DNA of 64,000 bases from Candidatus Kapaibacterium sp. (GTDB lineage: Bacteria; Bacteroidota; Ignavibacteria; Kapaibacteriales; UBA2268): contig OY762428.1 of the NCBI GenBank assembly GCA_963665665.1, positions 4,800,001 to 4,864,000 of the forward strand, in the 5' to 3' direction. Every line of letters starts with the position of its first letter. Position 1 is the stretch's first letter. Under the pieces are notes generated by a model. That model made no database searches and had not been told where the DNA came from. It was given only the letters and a program-made list of their open reading frames with translations. The position numbers were made by a program, and so were the translations under genes. Below, piece after piece: positions 39,012-50,731 of this stretch.

Positions 39012-40931
39012 TTAATTTTTTTGTATCGAATTTATCTTGTCCGTCAAATAAAATTCAAGAAGTTTCAATTCGTTGTACAGCACGAAAATTATTTTTTTAA
39101 TCTTTTTAATTTCCCAGTCTTCCTTTACATTTTGCAGTTCAAATGCCAGGTTGTAGGCATTTTCGGCTCCGAAATGGCCAATTTCAGATTTCAATTTATG
39201 TGCTGTGGAGCTAATGCCATTAAAATCTCTTTGCGAAAGGAATTTCTCCAGTTTTTTTATCTCATTTTTATAATTGTCAATAAAATATGATGCAATCTTC
39301 ACAAAAACATCAGGTTTTTGGTTCAGAGATTCCATTAATTTATCAATATTGGCAACATGTTCCATTCTGCCGGACCTGACAATAACCTTATGATAAAGAT
39401 TATGCCACTTGAATGGTTTCGAAATATAATCATCCATTCCGGCATCAATACATTTCTGTTTATGACGCTCACCTGCATGAGCGGTTATCCCGATAATTGG
39501 AACATGTTTTCCGTTAATTTCTTCTAATTCCCTTATGTGCTTAGTAGCAACAAGGCCATCCATATCAGGCATTTGCACATCCATAAGAATAATGTCAAAA
39601 TCATTCTTTTTATATTCCTCCAAAGCCTCAATACCATTGTTGGCAAAATTTACATCCCAGTTTTTTGCCTCCAGAGCTTCTTTTATTACTTCCCTGTTAA
39701 TATAACTGTCCTCAACAAGTAATATTCTTATGGTTGTATCAGGAAATATTTCAACAGATTTTTTAAAATTTGAGCCGGCATTCAATTCCTCAATTTCAAT
39801 AGTGGATTTTTTCGCGGCAGAAACTTTTAAAGGAATAATAAGATTGAAAGTAGCGCCCTGATCCGGATTATTCTTAACTTCAATTTTTCCTTCCAGCCTG
39901 TCCACAATTTCCTTTGTTATTGTTAGCCCAAGCCCGACGCCGCCATACTTCCTTGTCAATGTACCGTCAATCTGGCTAAAACTTTTGAATAGTTGATTAA
40001 TTTGGCCTTCGGGAATCCCAATACCTGTATCAGAAATTGTGAAAGACAGAACGATCTTATTATCTTTCCTTTCAACAATTCTTATTGAAAAGTCAATTTT
40101 TCCCTTGTCAGTGAATTTTACTGCATTACCGATTACATTGTGCAGGGCCTGCTCAAGCCTTCTAGCATCTGTTATCAAATAAGTCGGGATATTTTCATCT
40201 ACGTTTAAATTGAATTCAAGGTTTTTCCTGTCGGTGTTTTGTTTCATAATGTTATATACATTTTGAATTGCATCATGAAAATTAAACCTATAGTTATGAA
40301 TTACAAATTCATCAGAATTTATTATGGTAAAATCAAGTATATCGTTGATAATTTTCAAAAGATTATCAGCAGAATATTTTACCATGTTTAAAAATTTCTT
40401 CTGTTTATCGTCAAGTTTCGTATCAAGCAAGATACTTGTAAACCCGAGAATACCGTTCATCGGAGTTCTAAGCTCGTGGGAGACCTTGGCCAGGAAAAGA
40501 TTCTTTGCCTCGTTTTCAGCTTCGGCAGCTTCTTTGTCCATCACAAGTTTTAATGACTTAAACACTTTGTCGAGAGCTTTTAATATTGTATCTCTTTGAA
40601 TCGGTTTTATAATAAATTGATTTATACCAATATTTATTGCATCGAGCAGAGTGTTTTTATTGTCCAGAGCTGTTGTTAAAATAATCAGGGCGTCTTTATT
40701 TATTTCCTTTATATTCCGGGACATATCCAGGCCATTCATCTTTGGCATATCAATATCGGTAACGACTACATCCGGCAAATGTTCTTTATATAATTGAAGG
40801 CCTTCATAGCCATTTTCAGCAACAAATATTTCTTTTACTTTTGTTTTAACAAGAGTTGACATAAAAATTCTTGAAGGCATATCGTCTTCAACAATCAAAA
40901 CAGAACCTGGAAATTTTTCTTTTTCAGTCAT
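39012..40931 (-). CDS. Cytoplasmic hybrid histidine kinase (REC-HisKA-HATPase-REC-Hpt)
   Basis: SHELRTPMNG, NAVKFT, DTGIGI, second REC MDVQMP and Hpt AHKLKS. Confidence 0.92.
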   Translation of the reverse strand: MTEKEKFPGSVLIVEDDMPSRIFMSTLVKTKVKEIFVAENGYEGLQLYKEHLPDVVVTDIDMPKMNGLDMSRNIKEINKDALIILTTALDNKNTLLDAINIGINQFIIKPIQRDTILKALDKVFKSLKLVMDKEAAEAENEAKNLFLAKVSHELRTPMNGILGFTSILLDTKLDDKQKKFLNMVKYSADNLLKIINDILDFTIINSDEFVIHNYRFNFHDAIQNVYNIMKQNTDRKNLEFNLNVDENIPTYLITDARRLEQALHNVIGNAVKFTDKGKIDFSIRIVERKDNKIVLSFTISDTGIGIPEGQINQLFKSFSQIDGTLTRKYGGVGLGLTITKEIVDRLEGKIEVKNNPDQGATFNLIIPLKVSAAKKSTIEIEELNAGSNFKKSVEIFPDTTIRILLVEDSYINREVIKEALEAKNWDVNFANNGIEALEEYKKNDFDIILMDVQMPDMDGLVATKHIRELEEINGKHVPIIGITAHAGERHKQKCIDAGMDDYISKPFKWHNLYHKVIVRSGRMEHVANIDKLMESLNQKPDVFVKIASYFIDNYKNEIKKLEKFLSQRDFNGISSTAHKLKSEIGHFGAENAYNLAFELQNVKEDWEIKKIKKIIFVLYNELKLLEFYLTDKINSIQKN

Positions 40932-40942
40932 TTTAAAAATTA

Positions 40943-42004
40943 TTATTTGGTTACAATATTGATTAATCCTGCAGCAATTTTCTCGATAGGCAGTTGCCTG
41001 TCCACAGCCCCGTACTGGTATGCAACCTTTGGCATTCCGTAAACAACCGATGTTGATTCATCCTGGCCAAGTGTCCTGGCACCGTTTTTCTTCATTAAAA
41101 GCAACCCTGCCGCACCATCTTTTCCCATACCGGTTAATATCACACCATAAGCATTTGCCCCTACATGTTTGGCAACAGAATTCATCATAATATCAACTGA
41201 AGGCCTGTGCCCGTTTACTTTTTCATCCTGATTGAGTTTTATTATATATTGGCCTCCGGAACGCACAACTGTCAGGTGATAATCGCCGGGAGCAATAAAT
41301 ACTTTTCCGTTAATAATTCTGTCATCTTCTTCAGCTTCCTTTACATGCATCATAGCAGATTCATTCAGCCGGTCAGCAAAAGTTTTTGTAAAGCCGGCAG
41401 GCATGTGCTGAGTAATAACAATGCCGGGCGTTGTAGGGGGGAGCGGGTCAATAACTCTTTTTATTGCTTCAGTTCCTCCGGTTGAGGCACCAATGGCAAT
41501 TACCTTGTCAGTTGATTCAGAAAGAGCACTTGTCTTGCCAATTGTATCTTTCAGAGAAGAACTTACAGGCCTTTTATTTTTCCAATGAGCAACCGAAGCA
41601 GAAGAAGCAATCTTTATTTTGGTTCTCAGTTCCATCATCATTTTACTTAAGCCCCTTGCAACATCCGAGGATGGTTTGGGAACAAAATCCACAGCTCCTG
41701 CTTCGAGTGCCTGCATTGTGATCTTTTTACCTTTTTGCGTAAGCGAGCTAACCACAACAACGGGCAAAGGATATTGTGGCATCAGGCGTCTGAGGAATTC
41801 CACACCGTCCATTCTTGGCATTTCAATATCAAGAGTCAACACATTAGGTTTCAGTTGTACAATTTTATCTCTGCCAATATAAACATCCGGAGCCGTACCA
41901 ACTACTTCAATCCCCGGATCAATTGAAAGCCCCTTAGAGAGAATATCTCTCACCAAAGCAGAATCGTCAATAATAAGAACTTTTATTTTTTTATTCAGAT
42001 TCAA
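40943..42004 (-). CDS. cheB: Chemotaxis methylesterase CheB
   Basis: REC plus IGASTGG, QHMP, HRPSVD and LTGMGKDG. Confidence 0.96.
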   Translation of the reverse strand: MNLNKKIKVLIIDDSALVRDILSKGLSIDPGIEVVGTAPDVYIGRDKIVQLKPNVLTLDIEMPRMDGVEFLRRLMPQYPLPVVVVSSLTQKGKKITMQALEAGAVDFVPKPSSDVARGLSKMMMELRTKIKIASSASVAHWKNKRPVSSSLKDTIGKTSALSESTDKVIAIGASTGGTEAIKRVIDPLPPTTPGIVITQHMPAGFTKTFADRLNESAMMHVKEAEEDDRIINGKVFIAPGDYHLTVVRSGGQYIIKLNQDEKVNGHRPSVDIMMNSVAKHVGANAYGVILTGMGKDGAAGLLLMKKNGARTLGQDESTSVVYGMPKVAYQYGAVDRQLPIEKIAAGLINIVTK

Positions 42005-42017
42005 TCATTACTCCGTA

Positions 42018-42884
42018 TCATATTTTTTTATACATGGCCGGGCTGACATAACTAAACGAGCTATCCAGGCTTTGTAATGTCTCGGAATGGCCAATGAACA
42101 AATAGCCATCCGGCCTGACAAATTTATAGAATTTGTCTACCAATTCCTGACGTGTAGGCAAATCAAAATATATCATTACATTTCTACAGAATATGCTGTG
42201 GAATTGCTTCTTAAACGGAAATTGCTTATTCATCAGGTTAAATCTTCTGAAAATTACTTCCGACCTTACGGTATTGGAAATTTCCCAATTGCCGTCAGGC
42301 AATTTATTGAAATATTTTTTCTTAAAATATTGCGGTAGTTCGTTAATTCTCTCATCAGAATAGACCCCTTGAATAGCTTTGTTCAGAGCATCTTCGGAAA
42401 TATCAGTAGCAAGAACTCCGGAATTATATTTTCCATAATTTTTTCCAAAATATTCCATCATCAGAATAACCAGCATATAAGGTTCTTCTCCACTGGAACA
42501 GCCGGCGCTCCAAATCCTGATATCATTTGATTTTTCAAGTTTACATTGGTTTTCGATTTCAGGTAAAACAATTTTTTGAAAATAATCGAAATGATCTTTT
42601 TCCCTGTAAAAAAAAGTATGGTTGGTTGAAATTGTATTGGCAAGTGTACTAAGGGCGTGGCCGCTTTTATCTTTCAACACGTAATCATAATAATCAGAGA
42701 ATGTATTAAATTTCTCCTTCCTGAGTAATTTCTGAAGCCTTCCCGATACAAGAGCTCTTTTCTCCTCGGTAAGATTTATACCAAGTTTGTCATAAACCAA
42801 CTTCCTGATCGCATCAAATTCCTTATTTGTAATTTCTATCCAACTTTGGGATTTAATTTCAGAGAAATTATCCTTTTTATTCAT
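42018..42884 (-). CDS. cheR: Chemotaxis methyltransferase CheR
   Basis: IWSAGCSSGEEPY, ATDIS, IFCRNVMIYFD and GHSE. Confidence 0.96.
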   Translation of the reverse strand: MNKKDNFSEIKSQSWIEITNKEFDAIRKLVYDKLGINLTEEKRALVSGRLQKLLRKEKFNTFSDYYDYVLKDKSGHALSTLANTISTNHTFFYREKDHFDYFQKIVLPEIENQCKLEKSNDIRIWSAGCSSGEEPYMLVILMMEYFGKNYGKYNSGVLATDISEDALNKAIQGVYSDERINELPQYFKKKYFNKLPDGNWEISNTVRSEVIFRRFNLMNKQFPFKKQFHSIFCRNVMIYFDLPTRQELVDKFYKFVRPDGYLFIGHSETLQSLDSSFSYVSPAMYKKI

Positions 42885-42926
42885 AAATGCTCCGGGTTAT
42901 AATATTAAACAAAATTTCCAAAGCCC

Positions 42927-43451
42927 TTATGCATCTTTTTCTTCGCCATCGGTTTCAGTATCGGAATCCTTAGTATCATAAAGCAATTTTATTAAATCAA
43001 GCATAATTTTCACATCTTCATCAATGCGCCCGAGGGATTTAATAAACCTGCTTTTCGACCCCTTGCCGGTTTGCGGAGGAGGAAAGACCATATCTTCTTC
43101 AATTTTCATTACTTCGGAAACTTCATCTACGATAAGCCCGATTTGTGTATTATTTACATGGACAACAATAATGCAGGTCCTGTCATTATAATCAATTTCT
43201 TTCATTCCAAAACGAAGGCGTACCTCTACAACAGGAATAATTATCCCGCGAAGATTAATGATACCTTTGATAAATGATTTTATGTTAGGGATAGAAGTTA
43301 TCTTCTGAATACCAATAATTTCCCTTACATATTCAATTTCAATAGCATAAGATTCACCACCAATATAAAATGTAAGGTAACGATCTTTCAGGGTGTCTTC
43401 ATCCTCGTTGCCGACCAGATTCCGGGTGATTTCTTTAACTTTTTCTTCCAT
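42927..43451 (-). CDS. cheW: Chemotaxis coupling protein CheW
   Basis: IKGIINLRG.IIPVV, GLIVDEVSEV. Confidence 0.95.
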   Translation of the reverse strand: MEEKVKEITRNLVGNEDEDTLKDRYLTFYIGGESYAIEIEYVREIIGIQKITSIPNIKSFIKGIINLRGIIIPVVEVRLRFGMKEIDYNDRTCIIVVHVNNTQIGLIVDEVSEVMKIEEDMVFPPPQTGKGSKSRFIKSLGRIDEDVKIMLDLIKLLYDTKDSDTETDGEEKDA

Positions 43452-43493
43452 TGTATCCCCTGTTTTTTGTTAAGTTTAAGGATAATAGTTGAT

Positions 43494-45848
43494 TTAATTA
43501 TGATATTCAAAATGTTCAAATCCCATTTCATTGATTATTTCGGGATTTTCTGCAAAAATCACAAGACTTTCCAGGTCGATAATCAATCCGATACCTCCGT
43601 CGCCGGTAATCATACACCCGGTAATACCCGGAACTTTTCCAATATAATCAGAAAGCCCCTTGATTACTGCCTGTTGCTGCCCGATTATTTCATCTGCAAA
43701 AAGGCACATTTGTTTTTCTTTGTGCTCGATCATTATTAATAAGCCATCATCCAGATTTTTATTTGGTGTGTTGATATTAAATAATTCATGCAAACGTATT
43801 ACCGGCATAACTTCTTCTCGTACCTTAACAACTTCCAGTCCGTCCATTGTTTTGGTAATCATTCCTTTTTGTGTTCGGAACGACTCCTGAAGAGCTAATA
43901 TAGGCAAAGCAAAAATGCTTTCACCAATTCGTATAAGCATTGCCTCCATTATGGCCAATGTCAGCGGTATTCTCAGGGTTATTACCGAACCCCTGTCCTG
44001 CTCAGTATCAACGGTAACTGAACCGCGAAGCTTTTCGATATTCTTTTTAACAACGTCCATACCTACCCCTCTGCCGGAAATATCAGTTACTTCCTGGGCA
44101 GTGGAAAATCCCGGTTCGAATATCAAAGCAGCAATTTCCCTGTTGCTCATAAGTTCCGGATCACTATTGATCAGGCCTTTTTCCATTGCTTTTTTAAGAA
44201 CGGCCTCTCTATTTATTCCTTTGCCGTCATCTTTAACAATTATCAATATTTCATTTCCCTCATATCTTGCAGATAGAGATACTTTTCCGGTCTCGTCTTT
44301 ACCGGACGTAATTCGATCCTCGGGGGGTTCAATACCATGATCAATAGCATTCCTTAGGATATGAACAAGTGGATCTGCAATTTCATCGATCACGTTTTTA
44401 TCCATTTCCGTTTCCTGGCCTGAGATCGAAAAATCAACTTTTTTACCCATCTTTATAGAAACATCTCTTACAAGCCTCTTCATTTTATTAAATAGTCCTT
44501 CAAGAGGCATCATACGTATGGACATGGATATTTCCTGCAACTCCCTGGTGATCTTATTCAGCATATTAGCAGATTTTGAGAAATTCGGGAGATCAAGCCC
44601 TTTAAGGTCAACATTATTTGTAACCATAGTTTCTATAGTAATTAACTCACCTACCAGATCAAAAAGTTTATCAATTTTGTTTGTTTCCACCCTGATATCC
44701 TTGCGTTGCATCGCAGGCATTCTGGTTTGTTTTTTGGCAGGTTGAGCCTTTGAAGCTGCGGGCTTAGATTTTTTCTCTTTTGCTTCCTTAGCTGCTTTCT
44801 CCTTATTTATATTTTTTTCCTTAGTTTCTTCCTTAGCAGTTTCGGGTTTGTTGTCTTTTGCAGTTTTATCCTTGGGTTTTGAATCTTCTTGTGTTTCTTC
44901 AGCATTTTGCTGGTTTACTTTTTCAACCATTGCATCTATTCGGTTACGTATCTGCTCAATCTGGCTGAGAAGAACCGAGATGATGTTCTGGTCGATATCT
45001 AGTTCATTGTTCCTGATCGAGTCAAGTATGGTTTCCACATCCATTGAAATTTCTTCAATTTCTGAAAATCCCATGAAACCGCTATTTCCTTTCAGGCTGT
45101 GAATAGCACCGAATGTTTCTTGTACCAGGCTGGAAAGTGTCGGATCTTTTTCCAGTTCTAACAGATTTTTATCAATTATATCAAGCAATTCGTAACTATT
45201 TGTTGAATATTGATCGAACATATCACTTGAAAGCAAATCAGCCAACTCAGTATCCTGATCTAAATCAATATCGATCTTGCTATTGTCTTCCAGAAGATTT
45301 GGTTCTTGTTCTGTTTCATCGACAATTTCCTCAATAATTTCACTATCATCAGGAATTTCTTCAATAATTTCGGAATCCATATCTTCGGATATTTCTTCTA
45401 TTGGCGCAGTATCTCCTCCCTGAACAGTATTTAAACAATCCTTAACTATCAGGATCATATCTTCGGCTTCTTCGTTTCCGCTAATGTCGGTGAAATCAGT
45501 TGATACTCGTTGTAGCAGATCTCTGAGGAAATCGAAAGTCTGATATATAACAGTAATTGTATCTTCGGACTGAGGCTGATTTTGTTTTCTCATTATATCA
45601 AGAAGAGTTTCAGCTTCATGAGTAACCCGGTTGATCACTTTCATTTCAAAAAATCCTGAAAGCCCTTTCAGGGTATGGAAAACCCTGAATATAGCATTCA
45701 CAGATTCTTCATTATTCTCTTCCCGTAGATCTTCAACAATAGGTTCGTTTGTATCCAGCGAATCAAAAGCTTCGGATACAAATGATCTCAGCATTTCCTG
45801 TGTTTCAGGGTCAACGTTTGTTCCTTCTAAGTTATCGGTATCACTCAT
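43494..45848 (-). CDS. cheA: Chemotaxis histidine kinase CheA with two Hpt domains
   Basis: FRVFHTLKG and FGAIHSLKG; PLVHILRNAIDHG; GRGVGMDVV; C-terminal CheW domain. Start set at MSDTDN. Confidence 0.95.
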   Translation of the reverse strand: MSDTDNLEGTNVDPETQEMLRSFVSEAFDSLDTNEPIVEDLREENNEESVNAIFRVFHTLKGLSGFFEMKVINRVTHEAETLLDIMRKQNQPQSEDTITVIYQTFDFLRDLLQRVSTDFTDISGNEEAEDMILIVKDCLNTVQGGDTAPIEEISEDMDSEIIEEIPDDSEIIEEIVDETEQEPNLLEDNSKIDIDLDQDTELADLLSSDMFDQYSTNSYELLDIIDKNLLELEKDPTLSSLVQETFGAIHSLKGNSGFMGFSEIEEISMDVETILDSIRNNELDIDQNIISVLLSQIEQIRNRIDAMVEKVNQQNAEETQEDSKPKDKTAKDNKPETAKEETKEKNINKEKAAKEAKEKKSKPAASKAQPAKKQTRMPAMQRKDIRVETNKIDKLFDLVGELITIETMVTNNVDLKGLDLPNFSKSANMLNKITRELQEISMSIRMMPLEGLFNKMKRLVRDVSIKMGKKVDFSISGQETEMDKNVIDEIADPLVHILRNAIDHGIEPPEDRITSGKDETGKVSLSARYEGNEILIIVKDDGKGINREAVLKKAMEKGLINSDPELMSNREIAALIFEPGFSTAQEVTDISGRGVGMDVVKKNIEKLRGSVTVDTEQDRGSVITLRIPLTLAIMEAMLIRIGESIFALPILALQESFRTQKGMITKTMDGLEVVKVREEVMPVIRLHELFNINTPNKNLDDGLLIMIEHKEKQMCLFADEIIGQQQAVIKGLSDYIGKVPGITGCMITGDGGIGLIIDLESLVIFAENPEIINEMGFEHFEYHN

Positions 45849-46076
45849 ATTACATCTTACTAAGGTGGATAATACTGCCAATAATGAAAAAAATCCGGAT
45901 TTAAAAAAATCAGGTTCCACTAAATGATAATTAATTTTCAAATCAAATGCAAAATTTCTAATATAATTACAAAACTGTAATTCTTTGTGTAATGTATAAT
46001 TTTTTTTCAATATTTTCAAACAAAACTATTCATTTCTGAATATTTTATTAATAAAACATCAAATAAAACTAAAAAT

Positions 46077-46835
46077 TTATTTTTTGGAGTAATCATATCT
46101 TTCCAACTTAAATGTTTCTCCGAGATATAATTTCCTTACTTCCTCATTCGATGCAATATCTTCAGCCGAGCCGGAAGTATAGATATTGCCATCGATCAAT
46201 ATGTATGCCCTGTCGGTAATTGAAAGTGTTTCGTGAACATTATGATCTGTGATCAGCACTCCGATACCCTGATGTTTTAATTCTCCAACCATCTTCATAA
46301 TATCTTCAACAGCTATAGGGTCGATACCGGCAAAAGGTTCGTCAAGCAAAATAAATTTCGGGTCAGAAGCCAGGGCTCTTGCTATTTCGCATCGCCTTCG
46401 TTCGCCTCCGGAAAGCATATAGCCCTTGCTTTTCCTTATATGGGTTATCCTGAAACTTTCCAGAAGTTCTTCAAGCTTTTCCTTTCTTCTTTTTCTGTTC
46501 ATTTTCTGTAGTTTCAGAATTGCGTAAATATTTTTTTCAACCGATAATTTCCTGAAAACAGATGCTTCCTGTGGGAGGTAGCTAATTCCCAGACGTGAGC
46601 GTTGATACATTGCCTTGGATGTTATAGGCAGCTGGTTCAGTTTTACAATTCCCTCATTGGGTTTGATCATACCTACTATCATGTAAAAAGTAGTGGTTTT
46701 TCCCGCGCCATTTGGCCCGAGTAATCCAACAACTTCACCCTGTCTTACTTCAAGAGAAACACCTTTTACAACAGTTCTCCGGTTATATTTTTTAATTAAA
46801 TTTTCTGCTTTTAAAAAACTTTGTTTTTCATCCAT
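46077..46835 (-). CDS. lptB: LPS export ABC transporter ATPase
   Basis: [37 protein letters not shown] and ITDHNV. Confidence 0.95.
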   Translation of the reverse strand: MDEKQSFLKAENLIKKYNRRTVVKGVSLEVRQGEVVGLLGPNGAGKTTTFYMIVGMIKPNEGIVKLNQLPITSKAMYQRSRLGISYLPQEASVFRKLSVEKNIYAILKLQKMNRKRRKEKLEELLESFRITHIRKSKGYMLSGGERRRCEIARALASDPKFILLDEPFAGIDPIAVEDIMKMVGELKHQGIGVLITDHNVHETLSITDRAYILIDGNIYTSGSAEDIASNEEVRKLYLGETFKLERYDYSKK

Positions 46836-46836
46836 A

Positions 46837-48063
46837 TTATCGTTTGACCTGCTCAAGTTTAAGTGATTTATTTAATATTTTGTTATCTCTTAATATCTTC
46901 ATGTTCATTTCCTGCCCAACAAATCCGTCATTTACAACTACCATGAAATCATCGCTATCCTCAACTTTTATGCCATCAATTTCAATAACAATATCACCCG
47001 GCTCGATACCTGCTTTTTCAGCAGGAGAAGAACGGTAAATATTCACAACAACTACACCATTCTTGGAATCAAGTTTGAAATAATTTGCAATTCTGTCATC
47101 AATAGCCCTTACTTCCATCCCTGTATAGTAATTTCTGTTAATTACCTGGTCTTCTTTAAGGATGTTTACAATTTTCTTAACCCTGTTGATAGGTATGGAA
47201 AAACCAATACCAATGCTGCCTGCTCCCTGATTATTCTGTGCCGTTGAAAATATTACTGTATTCATTCCAACAACCTGGCCAAGAGCGTTTACAAGCGGCC
47301 CGCCTGAATTTCCGGAACTTATGGCTGCATCTGTTTGAATCATTCCTCGGTACACTCTGTTATCCTGCATGAAATCGATACCATAATTGGAAATAACACC
47401 AACTGTTACTGTTGGCCTGGCATTAATATTAAATAACCCGAATGGATTGCCAAAGGCTATAACCCATTCACCTGTAATTATTTCATCGGAATCAGCCATT
47501 TCAAGGTAGGGGAAATTTTCTCCTTCGATTTTAAGAAGAGCAACATCACTTACTCTGTCGGATCCGATAATTTCAGCATCGTATTTTTCTCCGTTCGTCA
47601 TTGTAATAACAATTTTAGAGGCATGGCCTGCAACATGATGGTTTGTAAGTATATAGCCGTCAGGAGAAATGATAAAACCTGAACCGACGCCACTAACCTC
47701 ATACTCTTTGTATCTTGGCTTTCTTTTATTACCAAAAAAATATCTGAATAAAGGATCATTAAAAAAAGGATCGCGATATTGAACTCTTTTTACTTCTGTA
47801 ACATTTATTCCGACAATTGCCGGGCATGATTTTTCGACGGCAGATGTTATAGCATTAGAACGTGATGAATTAATTCTTTTGTTCATTTTTTCCAGTTCTT
47901 CTACTTCATTCTCGTTATACTCAGCTTCAGCAAAAATCTCGGTGTTTTTTTGTTTCCCGATATTTATCTGCTCATCTGAAGCTTTGTTTTCCTGGGAATT
48001 GCAAGACGTATTAATTAAAATCATAGAAATTAAAAGAATTCCGAATTTTAATGCTCTTTCCAT
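46837..48063 (-). CDS. HtrA/DegP-family serine protease with one PDZ domain, probable lipoprotein
   Basis: [30 protein letters not shown]; lipobox-like NTSC. Confidence 0.92.
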   Translation of the reverse strand: MERALKFGILLISMILINTSCNSQENKASDEQINIGKQKNTEIFAEAEYNENEVEELEKMNKRINSSRSNAITSAVEKSCPAIVGINVTEVKRVQYRDPFFNDPLFRYFFGNKRKPRYKEYEVSGVGSGFIISPDGYILTNHHVAGHASKIVITMTNGEKYDAEIIGSDRVSDVALLKIEGENFPYLEMADSDEIITGEWVIAFGNPFGLFNINARPTVTVGVISNYGIDFMQDNRVYRGMIQTDAAISSGNSGGPLVNALGQVVGMNTVIFSTAQNNQGAGSIGIGFSIPINRVKKIVNILKEDQVINRNYYTGMEVRAIDDRIANYFKLDSKNGVVVVNIYRSSPAEKAGIEPGDIVIEIDGIKVEDSDDFMVVVNDGFVGQEMNMKILRDNKILNKSLKLEQVKR

Positions 48064-48205
48064 AACTTTCTCCCAAATAATTACTTATTTAATAATGATA
48101 AATAATAATAATCAAATTTTAATGTTTAAACGAAATAATCTTAAAAAAATTTATCCTCTTTTTTTATCTTAGCTGTTACTAAAGTAAGGAATTTTTGAAT
48201 AGGAA

Positions 48206-50722
48206 ATGACAAAAACAGTAAAAATAGCTTTACCAATTCCGTCAGACAGGTTGTTTACGTATCTTGTCGGTGATATAATTTACGAAGAATTGATCGGAAA
48301 AAGGGTTCTGGTGAATTTCGGAAAGAGAATTCTAACAGGAATAATCACTGAAATATCGGAAACCAATGATGATTCAAAACTTAAAGAAATTATTGAAGTT
48401 CTTGATGAGAAACCGGCTTTTTCGTCAAAAATGCTAAAATTTACCCGCTGGGTTGCTAAATATTATTATGCTTCATGGGGAGAAACACTTCATGCTGCAC
48501 TTCCTCAGGGCATGAGTCCAAAAAATATGCTAAAAATCTCGCTTTACTCTGATTATGACAGGGAATATATTCAGCAGATAAAATCCAGCGCCCCAAAAAG
48601 AGCAGCGCTGCTGGATATTATCATTAAGAAGGATACTCCACTATCGGTAGGATACTTGCAAAATGAGCTTGGAAGCGAGAATATTTCACATCAGCTTCAG
48701 GCTTTAGACCAGGCGGGAATTATTCACCTGGAGCGGTATGTTGAAAAAGAAATAAAAAGCAAAACTCAGAAAGCCGTGAAACTTCCTGATTCGCTGATAA
48801 ACGATAAAGATAAACTTAACAGCGTTTTGGCTGAACTGGATGAAAAAGCATTTAAGCAGGGGCTTTTTCTTAGCCATGTTTACTTATCAACTTTTAACAG
48901 CAGAGAGCCATTATTATTGTCGAAGGCGCTCGAAGACACGGCGGTATCTTCGTCCACTGCAAATACTCTGAAGAAAAAAGGGCTTATTGAAATTTTTCAG
49001 GCTGAAATTGATCGCAGCCAGAGTGTTTTCGAAGGAGAGAAACTCAGCGATTTTAACGAACTTGATCATATGCTGAACCAGGAACAAAGCGAAGCTCTTA
49101 AAATAATTAACCAATCTGCAGGAAAACAGGGTTTTGATACTTTCCTGGTGCACGGAATTACCGGAAGCGGCAAAACCTTGATTTACCTGCATGCAATTAA
49201 AAAAGCGATTGACGCAGGAAAAAATGCCCTGATTTTAGTTCCAGAAATTTCCCTTACCCCGCAGTTGACTGATAGATTCGAAAAATCATTCCCGGGATTA
49301 ATGTCTGTGCTACATAGCAAAATGTCCGATGGTGAACGTTATGATTCCTGGAGAAAGATTAGCAACGGTAACAGCAGAATTGTTCTCGGAGCAAGGTCGG
49401 CTGTTTTCGCACCTCTGGAGAATATCGGGATAATAATTGTTGACGAAGAGCATGAGCCATCATACAAACAGGACGCCAAGAGGCCCAGATATCATGGGCG
49501 GGATTGTGCTATTGTCAGGGGAAAAATGGAGAATTGCACGGTTCTGCTTGGATCTGCAACTCCTTCTACTGAATCAATGAACAATGCACTGTCGGGAAAA
49601 TTCAAACTGATCAAACTTATCAAAAGGGGAGACGGAGCCTCTTATCCTGATATTGATATAATTGATATGAAGGAAGAGAAGAAATCAGGAGCTGTGAAGG
49701 GAAACTTTTCTATTAGATTGCTAAAAGAAATTATTGACCGGGTAAATCGTAAGGAAGGAGTTATACTATTCCAGAACCGGCGTGGATATTCCTCCTACCT
49801 TGAATGCAGCGACTGTGCGGATATACCGATGTGCGAGAACTGTTCTGTATCCCTTACATACCACAAAAAAATTGATTTACTGCGTTGCCATTATTGCGGA
49901 TATACTGTAAAAGCTTTTAAAACCTGCCGTGCCTGCGGATTCCCGGAAATGAAAGAAGTCGGAAGCGGCACGCAGAAAATCGAGGACGAACTTGCAGAAG
50001 CTCTGAAAAATATGGGTTGCGATGCAAAAATTGTTAGAATGGACCTGGACACAACATCAAAAAAGGGATCACACAGGAAAATATTGAGTTCCTTTGCCAG
50101 GGGAGAGTCGGATATCTTGTTGGGGACTCAAATGGTTGCAAAAGGGCTCGATTTTTCCAGGGTAACGCTTGTCGGGGTAATCAATGCCGATCTCCAGCTT
50201 TACCTGCCGGACTTCCGGGCATCTGAAAGAGCCTTCCAATTATTAACCCAGGTTGCCGGGCGTTCAGGAAGAAAGGACGATATGCCAGGCAATGTATTGA
50301 TACAGACCAATCATCCTGACAATATGGTTCTGGATTATGTTCAAAGTGGCAGTTACATTGATTTTTTCAATAAGGAGATCAGGGAAAGAAAAAACTTATG
50401 GTTCCCACCCTTTTGCAGGCTCGTACTGATTGAATTCACAGGACGTGATGACAAGAAAACAGAATTGGCTGCCGAAGCATTCGGCTCTTTCCTTCCGGGA
50501 AAAAATAAATACCTGGTAAAATTTGGCCCAATGAGGCCGCAGATTTACAAGGTAAGAAACTGGTTCCGGCACATAATAATAATAAAAAATGATAAAAGCT
50601 CTGACCCCTCGGGAAACATCCTGAGGAAATATTTTGATCATGCTTTCGAAGAATATGGCAGAAAACACTCAACTTCTGCGGTTCGTATTAATATTGATAT
50701 TGATTCTTACTCATCAATCTGA
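48206..50722 (+). CDS. priA: Primosomal protein N'
   Basis: GITGSGKT, VPEISLTPQ, DEEH, 4x CxxC and GTQMVAKGLDF. Confidence 0.96.
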   Translation: MTKTVKIALPIPSDRLFTYLVGDIIYEELIGKRVLVNFGKRILTGIITEISETNDDSKLKEIIEVLDEKPAFSSKMLKFTRWVAKYYYASWGETLHAALPQGMSPKNMLKISLYSDYDREYIQQIKSSAPKRAALLDIIIKKDTPLSVGYLQNELGSENISHQLQALDQAGIIHLERYVEKEIKSKTQKAVKLPDSLINDKDKLNSVLAELDEKAFKQGLFLSHVYLSTFNSREPLLLSKALEDTAVSSSTANTLKKKGLIEIFQAEIDRSQSVFEGEKLSDFNELDHMLNQEQSEALKIINQSAGKQGFDTFLVHGITGSGKTLIYLHAIKKAIDAGKNALILVPEISLTPQLTDRFEKSFPGLMSVLHSKMSDGERYDSWRKISNGNSRIVLGARSAVFAPLENIGIIIVDEEHEPSYKQDAKRPRYHGRDCAIVRGKMENCTVLLGSATPSTESMNNALSGKFKLIKLIKRGDGASYPDIDIIDMKEEKKSGAVKGNFSIRLLKEIIDRVNRKEGVILFQNRRGYSSYLECSDCADIPMCENCSVSLTYHKKIDLLRCHYCGYTVKAFKTCRACGFPEMKEVGSGTQKIEDELAEALKNMGCDAKIVRMDLDTTSKKGSHRKILSSFARGESDILLGTQMVAKGLDFSRVTLVGVINADLQLYLPDFRASERAFQLLTQVAGRSGRKDDMPGNVLIQTNHPDNMVLDYVQSGSYIDFFNKEIRERKNLWFPPFCRLVLIEFTGRDDKKTELAAEAFGSFLPGKNKYLVKFGPMRPQIYKVRNWFRHIIIIKNDKSSDPSGNILRKYFDHAFEEYGRKHSTSAVRINIDIDSYSSI

Positions 50723-50731
50723 GATAACAAA

